32,000 bases of DNA from Candidatus Saccharimonadota bacterium (GCA_001790095.1 MGBH01000001.1:1080001-1112000), one strand, 5' to 3'. Counted from the stretch's first letter, positions 7,370 to 16,000 are shown. The notes: generated by a model not told the origin, from the sequence alone. Numbers and translations are program-made.

Positions 7370-7894
7370 TTATACGGTTTCCTCGTGCTTCGTATTATAT
7401 GTACGTGCAAGCATGAACAAAAGATCTGATAGGCGGTTAAGATAGCCAACAACAATAAGTAGTTTCTTATTTATTTTAGGTTGATTTTGCATATACGCAA
7501 CAATGTGTCGTTCAGCTCTTCGACACACAGTACGGGCAAGATGAAAAAAGACAGATATTTGAGTTCCTTGAGGGAGTATGAACTTCGAAAGAGGAGGAAG
7601 CGTTTTTGTTATTTCATCTATTTTTTTCTCAATAAGGGAAGTTTTTATATTATATCGGGTCAAGTCGATTCGGGCACCACTTACATATGCCATAATTCCG
7701 TGTAGCTGACCTTGAATATTACTCAGAAAGGCCACGTGTTGCTTGTTTGGGTGAAAAGAAATTACTATTCCTAAAACTGAAGAAAGCTCATCAAGCGAAC
7801 CATAAGCCTCTACTTGCGGATTGGCTTTAGACACCCGCTTGCCTCCATAAAGAGAGGTTGTGCCATCATCGCCAGTACGGGTATATATAGACAT
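7370..7894 (-). CDS. ATP:cob(I)alamin adenosyltransferase, PduO-type
   Basis: From ATG 7894: MSIYTRTGDDGTTSLYGGKRVSKANPQVEAYGSLDELSS..., the signature N-terminus of PduO/MMAB-type adenosyltransferases, plus ARTVCRRAER. The start lies 1 nt after the nrdJ stop codon. Confidence 0.85.
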   Translation of the reverse strand: MSIYTRTGDDGTTSLYGGKRVSKANPQVEAYGSLDELSSVLGIVISFHPNKQHVAFLSNIQGQLHGIMAYVSGARIDLTRYNIKTSLIEKKIDEITKTLPPLSKFILPQGTQISVFFHLARTVCRRAERHIVAYMQNQPKINKKLLIVVGYLNRLSDLLFMLARTYNTKHEETV

Positions 7895-7895
7895 T

Positions 7896-10253
7896 TTAAC
7901 ACTCAGAGTAACCGCATCCATAACATTTTTTACACCCTTCTTCATGGGCAAGAGATGCCTCACCGCAGGAGGGACACAGATCAAACAAACCCTTTGAGAT
8001 GGGGGGTTGTTGGATAAGAGAGGCTTGAGTGACTTCTGTGATAAGACGTGGTTCTTCCTTTTTTTCCTCTTTTTTTGCGTGGTTTCCTATCCCATAATGC
8101 ATGGAAAGTACTTTGGCTACTGCATCTGGAAGACTCCTAATTTTATCTTTTCCAAAACCAAGTGTTCTTGCTCCACCTATACCTTCAAGTTGGGAGACTA
8201 TTTCCTGAACTCTTTGCATAGCTGGAAGATGAGAGGCAAATCGTAGAGCAAGAGATATCGTTCTTCCCAAACCCTCAGCCATGGCAGATATATCTGATCC
8301 GGGCTTGCTGATGTTGATAAATACTTCAAGCGGCTCAGGGGGAGTTCCTCCATTGGTATTGATGGTTATAAATGCAACACCAACAGGAGTATTGATGCGG
8401 TAGGTAGAACCATGCACTACCATGGGGCGCGGTTTTACACTATATTGTGGCGTAGTGGGCTTTTTCTCTTCTTCTTTTTTATCTATGCGTTCCAAAACCC
8501 CTGCGCGTGATCCTTCTCTCATATATGCTATACCTTTGAGGCCTTGTTTATATGCAATACTATATAAACGTTTTACGTCTTCAACCGTGTGTGACTTTGG
8601 GGCGTTAACAGTTTTTGAGATAGAGGCATCGACATATTGTTGTATTGCGGCTTGTACAAGAATATGATCCTCGGGGGTAAGTTCGTTGGCAGACACAAAC
8701 CATTCTGGCTTTTTCAATTTGCCTTCCTTTACTTCCTTCTCATGTTTTTTTAACCATTTATCATATAAGTGGTGACGTAGTACGTGTTCACCAAGGCGAT
8801 CTTTTCTTATAAATTCAAATTCAAATACCGGTTCAATACCGGATGTGGTATCGGCCATAAGAGAGGTTGACCCAGTTGGCGCCTGCATAAGAAGGATAGA
8901 GTTACGAATCCCTGTTTGCGTGATTCCTTTTTTGATATCTTCGGGAAGTTGTTCGATAAATTTACCTTTTATATATTTATTTTTTTCAAGTTTAGGGAAG
9001 CTTCCTTTCTCCGACGCTACCTCAACAGATGTTCGGTAAGCCTCGTCTCGAATAAGTTTGTAGACTTTATTGATAAAGGTGATGGATTCTTTAGAACCAT
9101 AACGCATGTGAAGTTTGATAAGCGTATCACCAAGCCCCATGGTGCCAAGACCGATTCGTCTTTCACCCTCAAGTTGTGTCTGGCGTATTCCCTCAAAGAA
9201 ATATTGGTCCATATCAATTACATTATCCTGGAAACGCACTCCTGCACGCACGACTTTCTTTAAGCCTGAAAAGTCAAACTTTCCTTTTTTGTCTATATTA
9301 TTGCCTTTTACCAGAGCTGAAAGGTTGACAGATCCGAGATTACATACGCCCCATGGAGGAAGACCTTCTTCACCGCAAGGATTCACACAGTTTATCCTGT
9401 TCCAATACCAGTTATTATTCATTTTATTATAACGTTCCATAAAAACCACACCCGGTTCCGCTGATTTCCATGCTGCCTCTGCTATTAAATCCCAGATTTT
9501 TCGTGCCTTTACAACCTTACGTACAACGATCTTTTTCCCTAGTTTTTTCCACTCTTCAAGATCACCATTCCATTTGTCATCGTATTCAGGATCGCTGGTG
9601 TCAGGAAAAACAAGCGGCCAATCAGCATCTTTATCTACCGCCTCCATAAACGTATCAGATATGCAAAGAGACAGATTAGCTCCATTGATACGGTTTAAGT
9701 CTTGCTTGACGGTTATAAACTCCTCAATATCAGGATGCCAGTCCCAAAGCATAAGCATGAGAGCTCCACGACGGGTGCCTCCTTGTTGAATAATGTCTTT
9801 TGTCGCTACAGAAAAAAGTTCAGCCCAGTTTATGGGGCCTGAAGAAAACCCATTTACTTTACGGACTCGTGATCCTCGGGGACGAAGGGATGAGAGATTT
9901 ATTCCGACACCGCCACCTCTGGCCATGATTTCAACCATCCGTTTTAAGGTTTCCAAAATACCACCTCGAGAATCTTTAGGGCTTGGTATCACAAAACAAT
10001 TGTAAAATGTTACTTCAAAACCAGTACCTGCTCCAGCAAGAATTCGGCCACCTGGAATATATTTGAAATCCTTCATTGCCTCATAGAATTCTCTCTCCCA
10101 CTTTTTCTGATGTTCTTTTTTTTCCTTAACCGAGACTGCTTTTGCGATTCTTTTCCACATCTCACCAGGCGATTTTTCCAAAGGAGCGCCTTTTTTATCC
10201 TTAAGTGAATAACGATCAAGAAAAACCTTTTCTGATATGCCGGCGAGCTTCAT
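7896..10253 (-). CDS. nrdJ: adenosylcobalamin-dependent (class II) ribonucleotide reductase
   Basis: 785 aa with the NPCGEEGLPPWGVCNLGSVNL active-site region and SKTVNAP. The Cys-rich C-terminal tail CPSCGEASLAHEEGCKKCYGCGYSEC is typical of NrdJ. It is flanked by nrdR and a B12 adenosyltransferase gene. Confidence 0.9.
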   Translation of the reverse strand: MKLAGISEKVFLDRYSLKDKKGAPLEKSPGEMWKRIAKAVSVKEKKEHQKKWEREFYEAMKDFKYIPGGRILAGAGTGFEVTFYNCFVIPSPKDSRGGILETLKRMVEIMARGGGVGINLSSLRPRGSRVRKVNGFSSGPINWAELFSVATKDIIQQGGTRRGALMLMLWDWHPDIEEFITVKQDLNRINGANLSLCISDTFMEAVDKDADWPLVFPDTSDPEYDDKWNGDLEEWKKLGKKIVVRKVVKARKIWDLIAEAAWKSAEPGVVFMERYNKMNNNWYWNRINCVNPCGEEGLPPWGVCNLGSVNLSALVKGNNIDKKGKFDFSGLKKVVRAGVRFQDNVIDMDQYFFEGIRQTQLEGERRIGLGTMGLGDTLIKLHMRYGSKESITFINKVYKLIRDEAYRTSVEVASEKGSFPKLEKNKYIKGKFIEQLPEDIKKGITQTGIRNSILLMQAPTGSTSLMADTTSGIEPVFEFEFIRKDRLGEHVLRHHLYDKWLKKHEKEVKEGKLKKPEWFVSANELTPEDHILVQAAIQQYVDASISKTVNAPKSHTVEDVKRLYSIAYKQGLKGIAYMREGSRAGVLERIDKKEEEKKPTTPQYSVKPRPMVVHGSTYRINTPVGVAFITINTNGGTPPEPLEVFINISKPGSDISAMAEGLGRTISLALRFASHLPAMQRVQEIVSQLEGIGGARTLGFGKDKIRSLPDAVAKVLSMHYGIGNHAKKEEKKEEPRLITEVTQASLIQQPPISKGLFDLCPSCGEASLAHEEGCKKCYGCGYSEC

Positions 10254-10283
10254 ATAAATAATGAACTAATAATGTATCCAACT

Positions 10284-10730
10284 TTACATCAATTTTTTAA
10301 CCTCTTTCTCAACATCGTCGATATCTACAAATCTTTTAAAGACCGATGCAAATCTGATGTATGCAATTTTATCAAGTTCTTTTAGTTTTTTTGCAACCCA
10401 TTTTCCAATCTGGTTGCTTTCAACTTCGGTCTTGTCCATATTTTTCAGCTCTTCCTCAACCCCAAGGACGATCTGTTCTATCTGTGCAGCAGTAATTGTC
10501 GTTTTTTCACACGCTTTAAAAAGCCCCCTTCTTAATTTATCCCGATCAAATCGTTCGCGACGACCATCATGCTTGATAACAAAAATGGGCAACTCTTCAA
10601 GCCTTTCATAGGTCGTAAAACGCTTTAAACAATTGGGACAACTTCTTCGTCTTCTTATCGCCGTTCCATCCTCAGATGGTCTTGTTTCGATGACTTCGGT
10701 GTCGGTGTGTTTGCAAAAAATACAAAACAT
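10284..10730 (-). CDS. nrdR: transcriptional repressor NrdR (zinc ribbon + ATP-cone)
   Basis: MFCIFCKHTDTEVIETR...CPNCLKRFTTYER zinc ribbon followed by an ATP-cone (VIKHDGRRERFDRDKLRRGL...YIRFASVFKRF). It lies 30 nt upstream of nrdJ. Confidence 0.9.
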   Translation of the reverse strand: MFCIFCKHTDTEVIETRPSEDGTAIRRRRSCPNCLKRFTTYERLEELPIFVIKHDGRRERFDRDKLRRGLFKACEKTTITAAQIEQIVLGVEEELKNMDKTEVESNQIGKWVAKKLKELDKIAYIRFASVFKRFVDIDDVEKEVKKLM

Positions 10731-11015
10731 ATAGGTTGTGCCATTAAAACTTTAGAACACCACTGATAGGTTTACAAGAGGTCAAAATATAAACAAAATA
10801 TATCAAGTTACTATGGTAGCCTCAAAACAAAAAAGCAAAGTGTTTATCAATAAATAAATTGAACGATAAAGAGAGGACCGACCTATACAGAAGTAAAAAA
10901 AAATAGAAAGACCACAATATTCTTGATGATCAGTCAAAAATTTTTGCTTAATTGATGAGCGTTTTATATTATGTATGAAGCTTTGTACGTGGAGTTTTCT
11001 GTTATCATATAGATT

Positions 11016-11645
11016 ATGGATGCTTATATACTTGACACAAACCTTTTTTTCAATATGGAAGAGGGAATGGATTTGGGTGGTAAGACAGAAGAGGTCGTTG
11101 TCTATATAACTAAAGCTGCAAAAGAGTTGAAAAAAAATCAACAAACCCAGTTTTATATGACACCTCGAATCGTTGAAGAATTCCTGAGTTTTTTTGAAAA
11201 CAAAGAACAACCATTTCTCAAAGAGTTCCTTGCCCAGATCATAATCCAATCACCGACTATAAACACACTTCTTTTCCCAGCACAGGTTTTCTATCTTTTA
11301 ATAGATGACATACGGGGGAGAAGCTATCGGGGGCTTCGTGTCGGGGAAGAAGAGATACAGAAAGCGGGGATTCTCATGCAAGGAAGGGGAACTCTTTCAA
11401 AGAAAGAATTTGAAATGACCATAGGTGAGGTAGTAAAGAAATTTCGAGAAAGATATCGTCAAGCGACACGAGTCGGGTTCTTGGACAGCCTCGCAGACCT
11501 TGACATCATCATGCTTGCAAAAGAGATAAATGGAGTTTTGGTATCAACAGATGAAGGCGTTTTACACTGGGGGCGAATATTTGGTGTCAAAGAGATGCCT
11601 GCGCGTGCGTTTGGTTCAAAGATGAGGGAGAAACTGCCTTTTTGA
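11016..11645 (+). CDS. PIN-domain protein, archaeal RNA-ligase-partner (MJ_0950)-like
   Basis: N-terminus MDAYILDTNLFFN... then FYMTPRIVEEFLSFFE, and C-terminal DLDIIMLAKEINGVLVSTDEGV. This is the pattern I recall for the MJ_0950/TIGR03875 PIN-like family. The assignment is from memory. Confidence 0.55.
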   Translation: MDAYILDTNLFFNMEEGMDLGGKTEEVVVYITKAAKELKKNQQTQFYMTPRIVEEFLSFFENKEQPFLKEFLAQIIIQSPTINTLLFPAQVFYLLIDDIRGRSYRGLRVGEEEIQKAGILMQGRGTLSKKEFEMTIGEVVKKFRERYRQATRVGFLDSLADLDIIMLAKEINGVLVSTDEGVLHWGRIFGVKEMPARAFGSKMREKLPF

Positions 11646-12165
11646 CATGATCTTCTTCATCCGGGACAAGACTGGATAAAAAATCAACGACTTTGTCAGT
11701 AAATCTTCTGGGAGGCTTCTCCATATACATTAAGTGCTTAGTAAATAACTCAACAACCTGTTGTTTAATATTTTCATTTGGCACAATTAAATATGCGTGA
11801 TAAAAATAAGGAGCATGGCTTACTACTGTCAAGACATCAAACCCAAACTTTTTAGTAAAGTAAAAATGAGATAAGACCTCCCATCGGAGAGTTATCCCTG
11901 TTGTTTCGATCCCGAAAGTCGTCACATAGTGTTCGACCTCAGGAGGTGGAGTAACGGTCAAAACATAAAACAGGAAAACCAAAGTAAGAATAGGTATAAG
12001 TAAAATTCGATCGCCAAAGAAAAAAACAATAAGCGAAATAAGAAGAGATAAGGCAACATAGAATCGTAAGATATTCTTACTTCGCTTTTTATATGCACGA
12101 AGTGGCGCCTTCCAAGAAAAGAGCCTTTGAGGATTTTCTTTAGTAATATTTGAACTGCCTTCCAT
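11587..12165 (-). CDS. membrane protein, unknown function (two TM hairpin + soluble C-terminal domain)
   Basis: ORF with the TM pair ILRFYVALSLLISLIVFFF / ILLIPILTLVFLFYVLTV. Its 3' end overlaps the convergent PIN gene by 59 nt. Confidence 0.5.
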   Translation of the reverse strand: MEGSSNITKENPQRLFSWKAPLRAYKKRSKNILRFYVALSLLISLIVFFFGDRILLIPILTLVFLFYVLTVTPPPEVEHYVTTFGIETTGITLRWEVLSHFYFTKKFGFDVLTVVSHAPYFYHAYLIVPNENIKQQVVELFTKHLMYMEKPPRRFTDKVVDFLSSLVPDEEDHVKKAVSPSSLNQTHAQASL

Positions 12166-12206
12166 ATATCTATTTTTCTTTATTTGATGTTAAAAGTCAA
12201 ATAGAG

Positions 12207-12235
12207 TTGAATTTTCTATCCTATAATGTTATAAT
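12207..12235 (+). promoter_or_regulatory. sigma70-like promoter, probable leaderless transcript
   Basis: TTGAAT (12207-12212), a 17-nt spacer, then TGtTATAAT (12227-12235). The ATG at 12242 is 6 nt after the -10. Confidence 0.45.
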
Positions 12236-12241
12236 ATCAAC

Positions 12242-12607
12242 ATGGAACAATTCAATAAAGCGATCTCATTTGTCTTAGGTTTAATCGTCGTTGTTATCTT
12301 CCTTGCTGTTGCAACCGGAAAAATTAACCTAAAAGGCACAAAACTTCCTTTTTCAAAAGGAGCGACTCCAACAGGAAAATCTATTGTAACTCCATCTCCA
12401 AAAGCCCCCCTCTCGGGTCAGACAAGCTACACACAAAAAAATAACGTTATTCCAACGACAAAACCATCTTCAGACGCCTTTAATCGTAGATATAACACGA
12501 CCACTCCCTCAACTATACCAAGCACGGGTCCAGCTCTTTTATTGCCACTTGCCGTATCGTCACTTCTTGGAGGATCTTTCCTTCGCAGAATGGGAAAAAA
12601 GAAATAA
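12242..12607 (+). CDS. small surface protein with LPXTG-like (IPSTG) cell-wall sorting signal
   Basis: N-terminal TM/signal (ISFVLGLIVVVIFLAVATG) and a Ser/Thr/Pro-rich body. The C-terminus is IPSTG + hydrophobic PALLLPLAVSSLLGGSFL + basic tail RRMGKKK, the canonical tripartite sortase signal. Confidence 0.55.
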   Translation: MEQFNKAISFVLGLIVVVIFLAVATGKINLKGTKLPFSKGATPTGKSIVTPSPKAPLSGQTSYTQKNNVIPTTKPSSDAFNRRYNTTTPSTIPSTGPALLLPLAVSSLLGGSFLRRMGKKK

Positions 12608-12614
12608 GCCTGTT

Positions 12615-13235
12615 CTAATTAAACCCAGGTATCCTGAGGATTTTTGATCCAATAAGGTTTACTATAAAGACAGAGCTTAAGGCAAAAATAAGTCCTACAA
12701 CAGAACCTATAATTACACGTCTCCCATAGTTTAATCGTTCAGGATCAGCTTGAGAAGTCAAGACAAGAAATGATCCATATAAAAGATATAAAAATGCAAT
12801 TCCTCCTGTTATGCGAAACACAATCAGGTCAAATAGTGCCTGTACAAAACTGGACGCGCCAGTTGCTCTTGTATCTTCAAATACGTCTCCTCGTGCATTG
12901 AGACAGCCAAGCATCGTGTACTGTCGTCCGACAAACGGGGTAGGAGGCATTTTGGTGTCTTCACTAACCAACACTGTCTCACATCCTGTTGGTTCAGGTA
13001 TGGTGCCTGTTGGATATAGACTGGGATACAGACATTTTACACACGCTTTCCAGTTACCAGGGGCTTTATTTACCGTTCCTTCAATACAGGATGGATCGTC
13101 CCCATTTACTATGTCTGGACAATAACCACATGCATCACAAGTGACATATCGGGCAGCATGCGTTAATGTAAATAAAGAAGGTATATAAAATACAGATAAA
13201 AGAAAAAAGGCCATAATGATGAAGATGCGTTTCAT
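12615..13235 (-). CDS. Cys-rich secreted protein with C-terminal TrbC/VirB2-like (T4SS_pilin-type) membrane module
   Basis: Signal peptide MKRIFIIMAFFLLSVFYIPSLFTLTHA, then an N-terminal domain with about 10 Cys. The C-terminal GGIAFLYLLYGSFLVLTSQADPERLNYGRRVIIGSVVGLIFAL matches the GG.A...G....TS..DPE......I.....GL two-TM pilin pattern common in CPR and Gram-positive T4SS pilins. Confidence 0.5.
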   Translation of the reverse strand: MKRIFIIMAFFLLSVFYIPSLFTLTHAARYVTCDACGYCPDIVNGDDPSCIEGTVNKAPGNWKACVKCLYPSLYPTGTIPEPTGCETVLVSEDTKMPPTPFVGRQYTMLGCLNARGDVFEDTRATGASSFVQALFDLIVFRITGGIAFLYLLYGSFLVLTSQADPERLNYGRRVIIGSVVGLIFALSSVFIVNLIGSKILRIPGFN

Positions 13236-13305
13236 ATATATTTTTCAGTATATCAAACCATTTGTTCATGTGGTAAGGTGCGACGTAAATTCGTATAATA
13301 CTTAT

Positions 13306-15039
13306 ATGAAAAAGGCCCTCATTATTTTTTTCATAATCTTTATATCTCTTTTTATGGTCTCCGTTGTTGCGCAGGCTGACCAACTTGATGATGTTACCAA
13401 AGAGCTTGAAGATGTAAAGAAAACATTTAATGAAATAAATAGCGCAAACCAGACAAATGAGGCGACCTTAAATAATTTAAACAAACAGTTAACAAGTATT
13501 AAAGGCAAAATAAATACCCTTGAACGTGAAATCGCAAAAAAACAAGAAGAGGTCGATGAGGGGGAAAAAATATTAACCTACCAGAAAAAATTACTTGATG
13601 AACGGGCGCGGACATATTATAAAAATGCAGGCAAAAACACCTTTTCTTTCATGGCTCTTTTATTGTCTGACAACCTTTCTGTTTCCCTGCAGAATTTTTT
13701 CTACCAGAAAACTCTTGTAGATGAGGATAGAAAATCAATCATAAAAATAGTTATGTATATAAAAAATATTGAAGACAAAAAAATCTCTCTTGAGAGTGAG
13801 ACAAAGCGTCTGGCAGTATTAAAGGAGGATGTAGACAAACAGTCGCAGTTTCTCTCAGGTGAGGTGGAAAAAACAAAGGCTGTCTTGGGTGAACTACAAA
13901 GCAAAATCGCCCAACTGACCTCAAGACAACAAGACCTTATTGCGCAACGCCAAGCTGCACTCAATATTCCGCGCGCTGCTGGAACAAGTATGGGTGGGTG
14001 TGTAGATGATCGAGAAAAAGATCCGGGGTTTAGTCCACGATTTGCATTTTTCACTTTTGGTGTTCCAAACAGAGTGGGTTTAAATCAGTATGGGGCATAT
14101 GGTCGTTCAAAAGCAGGACAGAATGTTGAAGATATTTTACGAGCATATTATGACAACTACGAATTGAAGAAAGATTATGACCAGAACATCACCATAAATG
14201 TTGAAGGAAAACAATCTCTCAACATTGAGGATTATCTCAAACATTTAGGAGAGATGCCTGAAGCATGGGGTAATGATGGGGGTTTTGAAGCTCTTAAAGC
14301 TCAAGCCGTTGCTGCGCGTTCATATGCTCTTGCATATACTAATAATGGAGCAGGTTCAATCTGTGGGACAGATCATTGTCAAGTATTTTTAGATAACGAA
14401 AAAGGAGGGAAATGGAATGAGGCGGTTGAAGCAACACGAGGCTGGGTTATGGTGCAAGGGGGCAATCCCATCAAAGCATGGTTTTCATCAACACACGGGG
14501 GTATCGTATTTTCAACTGGAGAAATCGGCTGGTCAGGAACAAGTTGGACCAAACATGCATCAGACACACGTGAGTCAGCAGGCAACATAGCGGACCTTCG
14601 AGATAGTGATAAAGCTTATGACAAAGCTTCACCCTGGTTTTATTGTGATTGGGGATCACGATCTGAATATAATAAAACAGCATGGCTTACATCAGGGGAA
14701 GCGGCAGATATGGCAAATATTATTATGCTTGCACGGCGTGATTCTTCAACCGCAGAGAATCTTTACCAAGTGGATAAACCAAACCCTGCAGGTAAAGAAA
14801 CATGGGATCATGAAAAAGTGAAAAGCGAGTTGCGCAATCGAGGAGGGACACCATTTAATTCTATAAGTGAAGTATCTATATCAGCTGACGTTGGAGGAGG
14901 ACGTACAACAGGTATCACATTTTCCGGAGACGCAGGTTCACAGAGTTTTGATGGTTCAGAATTTAAAAATTTCTTTAATCTTCGCGCTCCAGCAAACATC
15001 CAGATTGTTGGACCACTGTTTAATGTTGAGAAGAGGTAA
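13306..15039 (+). CDS. SpoIID/LytB-domain cell-wall protein with N-terminal signal anchor and coiled coil
   Basis: I chose the start at ATG 13306 (MKKALIIFFIIFISLFMVSVVAQA), 6 nt after TATAAT 13294-13299. A roughly 200-aa heptad-like coiled coil follows. SpoIID signatures are present: EALKAQAVAARSYALAYT, GTDHCQVF, WFSSTHGG. Confidence 0.8.
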   Translation: MKKALIIFFIIFISLFMVSVVAQADQLDDVTKELEDVKKTFNEINSANQTNEATLNNLNKQLTSIKGKINTLEREIAKKQEEVDEGEKILTYQKKLLDERARTYYKNAGKNTFSFMALLLSDNLSVSLQNFFYQKTLVDEDRKSIIKIVMYIKNIEDKKISLESETKRLAVLKEDVDKQSQFLSGEVEKTKAVLGELQSKIAQLTSRQQDLIAQRQAALNIPRAAGTSMGGCVDDREKDPGFSPRFAFFTFGVPNRVGLNQYGAYGRSKAGQNVEDILRAYYDNYELKKDYDQNITINVEGKQSLNIEDYLKHLGEMPEAWGNDGGFEALKAQAVAARSYALAYTNNGAGSICGTDHCQVFLDNEKGGKWNEAVEATRGWVMVQGGNPIKAWFSSTHGGIVFSTGEIGWSGTSWTKHASDTRESAGNIADLRDSDKAYDKASPWFYCDWGSRSEYNKTAWLTSGEAADMANIIMLARRDSSTAENLYQVDKPNPAGKETWDHEKVKSELRNRGGTPFNSISEVSISADVGGGRTTGITFSGDAGSQSFDGSEFKNFFNLRAPANIQIVGPLFNVEKR

Positions 15040-16000
15040 GTCGGTTGTATCCCAACTGCAGTGTACTTGTCACCCCGATTGTTAGGATAAAAAATCCTAT
15101 CCAGTCAAACTGTACTTTGATAAATGCCCGTAATACATAGATTACAAGTATATGGATAAAATAAATCGTGTATGAGTACTTGCTAAAAAAATGAACAATT
15201 GAGCCGATAACTGAGAAAATGTTTGATTTCGATAGAACATACAATATGTTCACGCAAAAGAGACTGTATGCAAGATGATATATGTTAGGTGGATACTTAT
15301 TTCCATACATACGGAGGGTATGGTGGAGTGAGTTTTCAAGGTATTGGCGAGAAACCATAAATGAAACAAAAAATAATACCGTTATGCCTAAAAACATTCC
15401 TTTGTTTTGACCAATACGGTCGACAAAAAGAGTATAGATCATGACAAGCGACCACGGTAGCCACATGATCAAGCGAAAGTAAGAAAGAGGTGTGTATTTG
15501 AGGAATATAAAAGAAAAGGCTATCGCAACTATTGTATATATATACAATACTGTTTTATGGTTTTTATGAAGATAACCAAACCACGGCATGAGTATCGTAA
15601 GCTGGACAAATAAAAGAACCAACCAATTAAATTCGATTCCTCCGGTAAGTGCAAGATTTTGGAATAGATAAGTATATGTTACTTTTTTGGGTTGGTTTAA
15701 AAGCAGTAAAAAGAAATGTCCGACTAAAAAAACATAATAAGGCATAAGTAATCGATAGGTTCTTTTTTTAAGATATTCCCAAAACTCAGTCAAGGTTACC
15801 GTATTACTTTTTTGGTAAAAGAGATAAGAAGAGCAAAATATAAATGCAACAACAGCAAACTGACTTAATTCAAGAAGGGTAAATGCGACCCTATCTTTTA
15901 AAAAATATGTATTGGTATGGATAAGGATCATCACGATAATCGATATACCTCGAATATCATCAATTACACTCAAACGGTTGCCGTCTTTTTCGGATGCCAT
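15020..16000 (-). CDS. acyltransferase family 3 (OatA-like) membrane protein
   Basis: From ATG 16000: MASEKDGNRLSVIDDIRGISIIVMILIHTN..., the typical acyltransferase_3 N-terminus, then about 10 TM segments. The start is uncertain (the ORF is open to 16087). It overlaps the upstream gene by 31 nt or more. Confidence 0.65.
   Translation of the reverse strand: MASEKDGNRLSVIDDIRGISIIVMILIHTNTYFLKDRVAFTLLELSQFAVVAFIFCSSYLFYQKSNTVTLTEFWEYLKKRTYRLLMPYYVFLVGHFFLLLLNQPKKVTYTYLFQNLALTGGIEFNWLVLLFVQLTILMPWFGYLHKNHKTVLYIYTIVAIAFSFIFLKYTPLSYFRLIMWLPWSLVMIYTLFVDRIGQNKGMFLGITVLFFVSFMVSRQYLENSLHHTLRMYGNKYPPNIYHLAYSLFCVNILYVLSKSNIFSVIGSIVHFFSKYSYTIYFIHILVIYVLRAFIKVQFDWIGFFILTIGVTSTLQLGYNRLTSSQH

Noticed and set aside
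7218-7455. N-terminal extension of the 433-aa ORF, plus small ORFs 7251-7445 (+) and 7261-7455 (-)
   Set aside because: They coincide with the GC-rich structured riboswitch-like RNA and the 3' end of the adenosyltransferase gene. The Arg/Cys-rich translation (MRKRERCVNQRLCRNGKVRH...) is typical of translated structured RNA. ATG 7217, preceded by AGGGA, is a better start.
8007-10005. Series of plus-strand ORFs (64-115 aa) antisense to nrdJ
   Set aside because: They lie entirely inside a strongly supported 785-aa class II RNR gene. They have low-complexity or Ser/Arg/Phe-rich translations and no recognisable motifs, so they look like shadow ORFs.
10757-10808. Possible NrdR boxes upstream of nrdR (ACACCACTGATAGGTT at 10757-10772; ACAAAATATATCAAGT at 10793-10808)
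   Set aside because: They match only 10/16 and 12/16 positions of the acaCwAtATaTwGtgt consensus as I recall it. They are poorly palindromic, and the 36-bp spacing differs from the usual spacing of about 31-32 bp. In AT-rich DNA this is within chance.
10803-11249. 148-aa minus-strand ORF in the nrdR/PIN spacer
   Set aside because: Its 5' half overlaps the well-supported PIN gene on the opposite strand. Its translation is Phe/Ile/Cys-rich AT-bias noise, and it would leave no promoter space for the PIN gene.
13216-13305. 30-codon N-terminal extension of the SpoIID ORF, and the 82-aa minus ORF 13135-13383
   Set aside because: The extension overlaps the start of the divergent pilin-like gene and lacks signal-peptide character. 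ATG 13306 gives a canonical signal anchor and sits 6 nt after a TATAAT.
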